Origin: the human T2T-CHM13v2.0 reference genome, Homo sapiens
DNA: 64,000 nucleotides
Assembly (NCBI RefSeq): GCF_009914755.1
Contig: NC_060929.1
Direction: 5' to 3' (one strand)
The position numbers were made by a program, and so were the translations under genes. Shown piece after piece: positions 60,165 through 64,000 of the stretch. The stretch's first letter is position 1, and each line of letters starts with the position of its first letter. The notes beneath the pieces are model-generated. The model was given only the letters and a program-made list of their open reading frames with translations. It made no database searches and was not told where the DNA came from.

Positions 60165-61186
60165 TTACAATTTGGCTTGATTTTGCAGTGGCTGGTACCG
60201 GTTGTTCCTTTCCATGTTTAGTGCTTCCTTCAGGAGCTCTTTTAGGGCAGGCCTGGTGGTGACAAAATGTCTCAGCATTTGCTTGTCTGTAAAGTATTTT
60301 ATTTCTCCTTCACTTATGAAGCTTAGTTTGGCTGGATATGAAATTCTGGGTTGACAATTCTTTTCTTTAAGAATGTCGAATATTGGCCCCTACTCTCTTC
60401 TGGCTTGTAGAGTTTCTGCCGAGAGATCCGCTGTTAGTCTGATGGGCTTTCCTTTGTGGGTAACCCAGCCTTTCTCTCTGGCTGCCCTTAACATTTTTTC
60501 CTTCATTTCAACTTTGGTGAATCTGACAATTATGTGACAATTATTGGAGTTGCTCTTCTGGAGGAGTATCTTTGTGACGTTCTCTGTATTTCCTGAATCT
60601 GAATGTTGGCCTGCCTTGCTAGATTGGGGAAGTTCTCCTGGATAATATCCTGCAGAGTGTTTTCCAACTTGGTTCCATTCTTCCCGTCACTTTCAGGTAC
60701 ACCAATCAGACGTAGATTTGGTCTTTTCACATAGTCCCGTATTACTTGGGGGCTTTGTTCATTTCTTTTTATTCTTTTTTCTCTAAACTTCCCTTCTCAC
60801 TTCATTTCATTCATTTCATCTTCCATCACTGATACCCTTTCTTCCAGTTGATTGCATCGGCTCCTGAGGCTTCTGCATTCTTCACGTAGTTCCCAAGCCT
60901 TGGCTTTCAGCTCCATCAGCTCCTTTAAGCACTTCTCTGTATTGGTTGTTCTAGTTATACACTCGTCTAAATTTTTTTCAAAGTTTTCAACTTCTCTGCC
61001 TTTGGTTTGAGTTTCCTCCTGTAGCTCAGAGTAGTTTGATCGTCTGAAGCCTTCTTCTCTCAACTCGTCAAAGTCATTCTCTGTCCAGCTTTGTTCCGTT
61101 GCTGGTGAGGAACTGCGTTCCTTTGGAGGAGGAGTGGCGCTCTGCTTTTTAGAGTTTCCGGTTTTTCTGCTCTGTTTTTTCCCCAT
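60165..61186 (-). pseudogene. L1 ORF1, nonsense at codon 130 plus a +5 frameshift
   Basis: MGKKQSRKTGNSK start; TGA at 60797-99; duplicated tgacaatta at ~60524-60544. Confidence 0.92.
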
Positions 61187-61189
61187 CTT

Positions 61190-62216
61190 TGTGGTTTTAT
61201 CTACTTTTGGTCTTTGATGATGGTGCTGTACAGATGGGTTTTTGGTGTGGATGGCCTTTGTTTGTTAGTTTTCCTTCTAACAGACAGGACCCTCAGCTGC
61301 AGGTCTGTTGGAGTTTGCTAGATGTCCACTCCAGACCCTATTTGCCTGGGTACCAGCAGCGGTGGCTGCAGAACAGCAGATTTTCATGAACCGTGAATGC
61401 TGCTGTCTGATGGTTCCTCTGGAAGTTTTGTCTCAGAGGAGTACCCGGCTGTGTGAGGTGTCAGTCTGCCCCTACTGGGGGGTGCCTCCCAGTTAGGCTG
61501 CTTGGGGGTCAGGGGTCAGGGACCCACTTCAGGAGGCAGTCTGCCCGTTCTCAGATCTCCAGCTGCGTGCTGGGGGAACCACTGCTCTCTTCAAAACTGT
61601 CAGACAGGGACATTTAAGTCTGCAGAGGTTAGTGCTGTCTTTTTGTTTGTCTGTGCCCTGCCCCCAGAGGTGGAGCCTACCGAGGCACGCAGGCCTTCTT
61701 GAGCTGTGGTGGGCTCCACCCAGTTCGAGCTTCCCAGCTGCTTTGTTTACCTAGGCAAGCCTGGGCAATGGCGGGCGCCCCTCCCCCAGCCTCGCTGCCA
61801 CCTTGCAGTTTGATCTCAGACTGCTGTGCTAGCAATCAGTGAGACTCCATGGGTGTAGGACCCTCTGAGCCAGGTGCGGGATATAATCTCCTGGTGCGCC
61901 GTTTTTTAAGCCCTTCGGAAAAGCACAGTATTAGGGTGGGAGTGACCCGATTTTCCAGGTGCCATCTGTCACCCCTTTGTTTGACTAGGAAAGGGAATTC
62001 CCTGAGCCCTTGTGCTTCCTGAGTGAGGCAATGCCTCACCCTGCTTCGGCTCGCGCATGGTGCGCTGCACCCACTGTCCTGCTCCCACTGTCTGGCACTC
62101 CCTAGTGAGATGCACCCGGTACCTCAGATGGAAATTCAGAAGTCACCCATCTTCTGCGGCGCTCACGCTGGGAGCTGTAGACCGGAGCTGTTCCTGTTCG
62201 GCCATCTTGGCTCAAC
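61190..62216 (-). promoter_or_regulatory. L1 5'UTR: sense and antisense promoter, intact YY1 motif
   Basis: gccatcttgg (reverse complement CCAAGATGGC) at 62201-62210; residual CpGs; ORF0 start on + strand at 61768. Confidence 0.75.
61768..61842 (+). pseudogene. L1 ORF0, truncated to 24 aa
   Basis: MAGAPPPASLPPCSLISDCCASNQ then TGA (CGA>TGA CpG decay). Confidence 0.85.
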
Positions 62217-62239
62217 CAGATAAAATGTATTATTAGTTC

Positions 62240-62540
<301 letters not shown>

Positions 62541-62611
<71 letters not shown>
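62541..62611. repeat. Compound (TA)n(CA)n(TA)n microsatellite at the Alu tail
   Basis: Directly visible. Confidence 0.95.
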
Positions 62612-62619
62612 GTTTATAG

Positions 62620-64000
62620 TAATAGTTAAAATTTAAAAATTTAGAATAAGGGGCTTTTTAAAACCACACCAATTGTACATCAATATCTCCTTCCTTTCAA
62701 GCTAAAAATCTTGCTTCTCAATGACAACAAAATACTCATCTGTTTTTCCCCACAATATGTACATAATAGTCTTAGAAAAACTATACCAACACTACAACAA
62801 TCAATAATTTGATTATAGAAAAAAAGTATAAGATTATTTTTCAGTTCTTTTGTCATTAGGATATGTTCCACTAGAGATGTACCGTCAAATAACTGGGTTT
62901 TAAAGTCAGTTGTGAATCCTCACCTACCATTTCACTCACTTTCTTTGTCTTTTACTGATCATAGATATCATTTTTCTGTAAAGTGGCATTGCCCAGTGAG
63001 TGTTTTCTACCACCAGGGCAGGATACCTGACCTACAGACCCAATTCTTCAGCCACCATCAGTATTACTTAAAAAAAAAGAAGATATTATAATCAAAGAAA
63101 GTTGGCAAAGTCTTATGATGGGCTATTATGTAGCCATTCAATGTCATATTTGTGAAGAGACTGTGTTGATGTTTGAAAAAGTGTGTATGATAAAAATGGG
63201 GAAAGCAGGTTGTAAAGGTATATACCCAGGAAATGAACTCTGAAATCTGCTATCCATACAATGAAACAAAGATTAGGCATACCTTCATAAAATATAATAT
63301 TTTAACATTGAATCTACCTGTTTTGCTACTGAAAAATAAAAGTCAATTGTAAAGGTACTTTCATTGCTATTATGCCACCAACTGGATACACATTTAGGCT
63401 CATTCATTTCACTTTACATTTGATTTTATGTTTTGTAAATTTTCATTTTGTTGTATGATTATATGAAATATATATTTGGTCTGAAAGTGACATCCACAAA
63501 ATAAGGCCCATTCAATGAAGTCCAAATTCTGTCTCTTCCCTCTCTCTTGTATCCCTTTCTCCTCTTTCCCGTAAGTAACATTTTATTCTTTTTATTTATG
63601 GCTGCTGCACAATTTAGACAATATAAACAAATACTTATAAGCTATCATTCTCTTTTCTTTATAAAAATATAAATCTTTTAATATTCATCTAGTTTTTTTT
63701 ACTACATTGTTTTTAGTTTGGTCTCTCTCTCTCACTGCTCTGCTCCCCTGACTGGTACATATTTGGTATTTAGGAAAGCTTGAAATTGTGTGTTAATGGT
63801 TACCTTTATATTAGTATCTTTACATAAAACCCTTAGTTACACCTTTTTGTGGCTATTGTCTGTTGGTTGTCTAGTAAGAGTGATGTTGAAATTAGATAGT
63901 GACAACTTCATCCCATACACTTCCAGCTTCTGATCTGAAGTCATATCTTTTTACTCCTAGTTAATACCTAAATGTAATTAGTGAGTTTATCCTCCTTTTC
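62620..64000. mobile_element. Old L1MC/L1ME fragments
   Basis: gctaaaaatcttgcttctcaatgaca; tattatgtagccatt; AT-rich decayed L1 3' motifs. Confidence 0.45.

Overview
Repeat-dense primate (most likely human or great ape) non-coding DNA. I found no host protein-coding gene. Every credible long ORF is an L1 ORF1/ORF2 remnant, and the other ORFs are Alu/LTR/antisense translations or lack recognisable homology. The main elements are two full-length minus-strand LINE-1s (L1PA7-like, about 15985-22557; L1PA3-like, 56017-62216, with a 15-bp TSD), 13 Alus plus a FLAM, solo LTRs (MER57, MER21, MLT1, MST), DNA transposon relics (Tigger2a x2, MER44/Tigger7, MER47A, Tigger3b, MER63, MER58A, MER5A, MADE1, MADE2), L2/MIR relics and a U13 snoRNA retrocopy. 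Most L1/LTR copies lie on the minus strand, which suggests an intron of a plus-strand gene. I see no evidence of a new biological system. The most unusual signal is a set of locally templated (template-switch or fold-back) mutations: a 33-bp in-frame palindromic insertion that stops L1PA3 ORF2, a ~245-bp inverted duplication with a templated junction, and two hairpin-perfecting edits inside Alus. Subfamily names come from recalled consensus sequences, not a RepeatMasker run, and the boundaries of old repeats are approximate.
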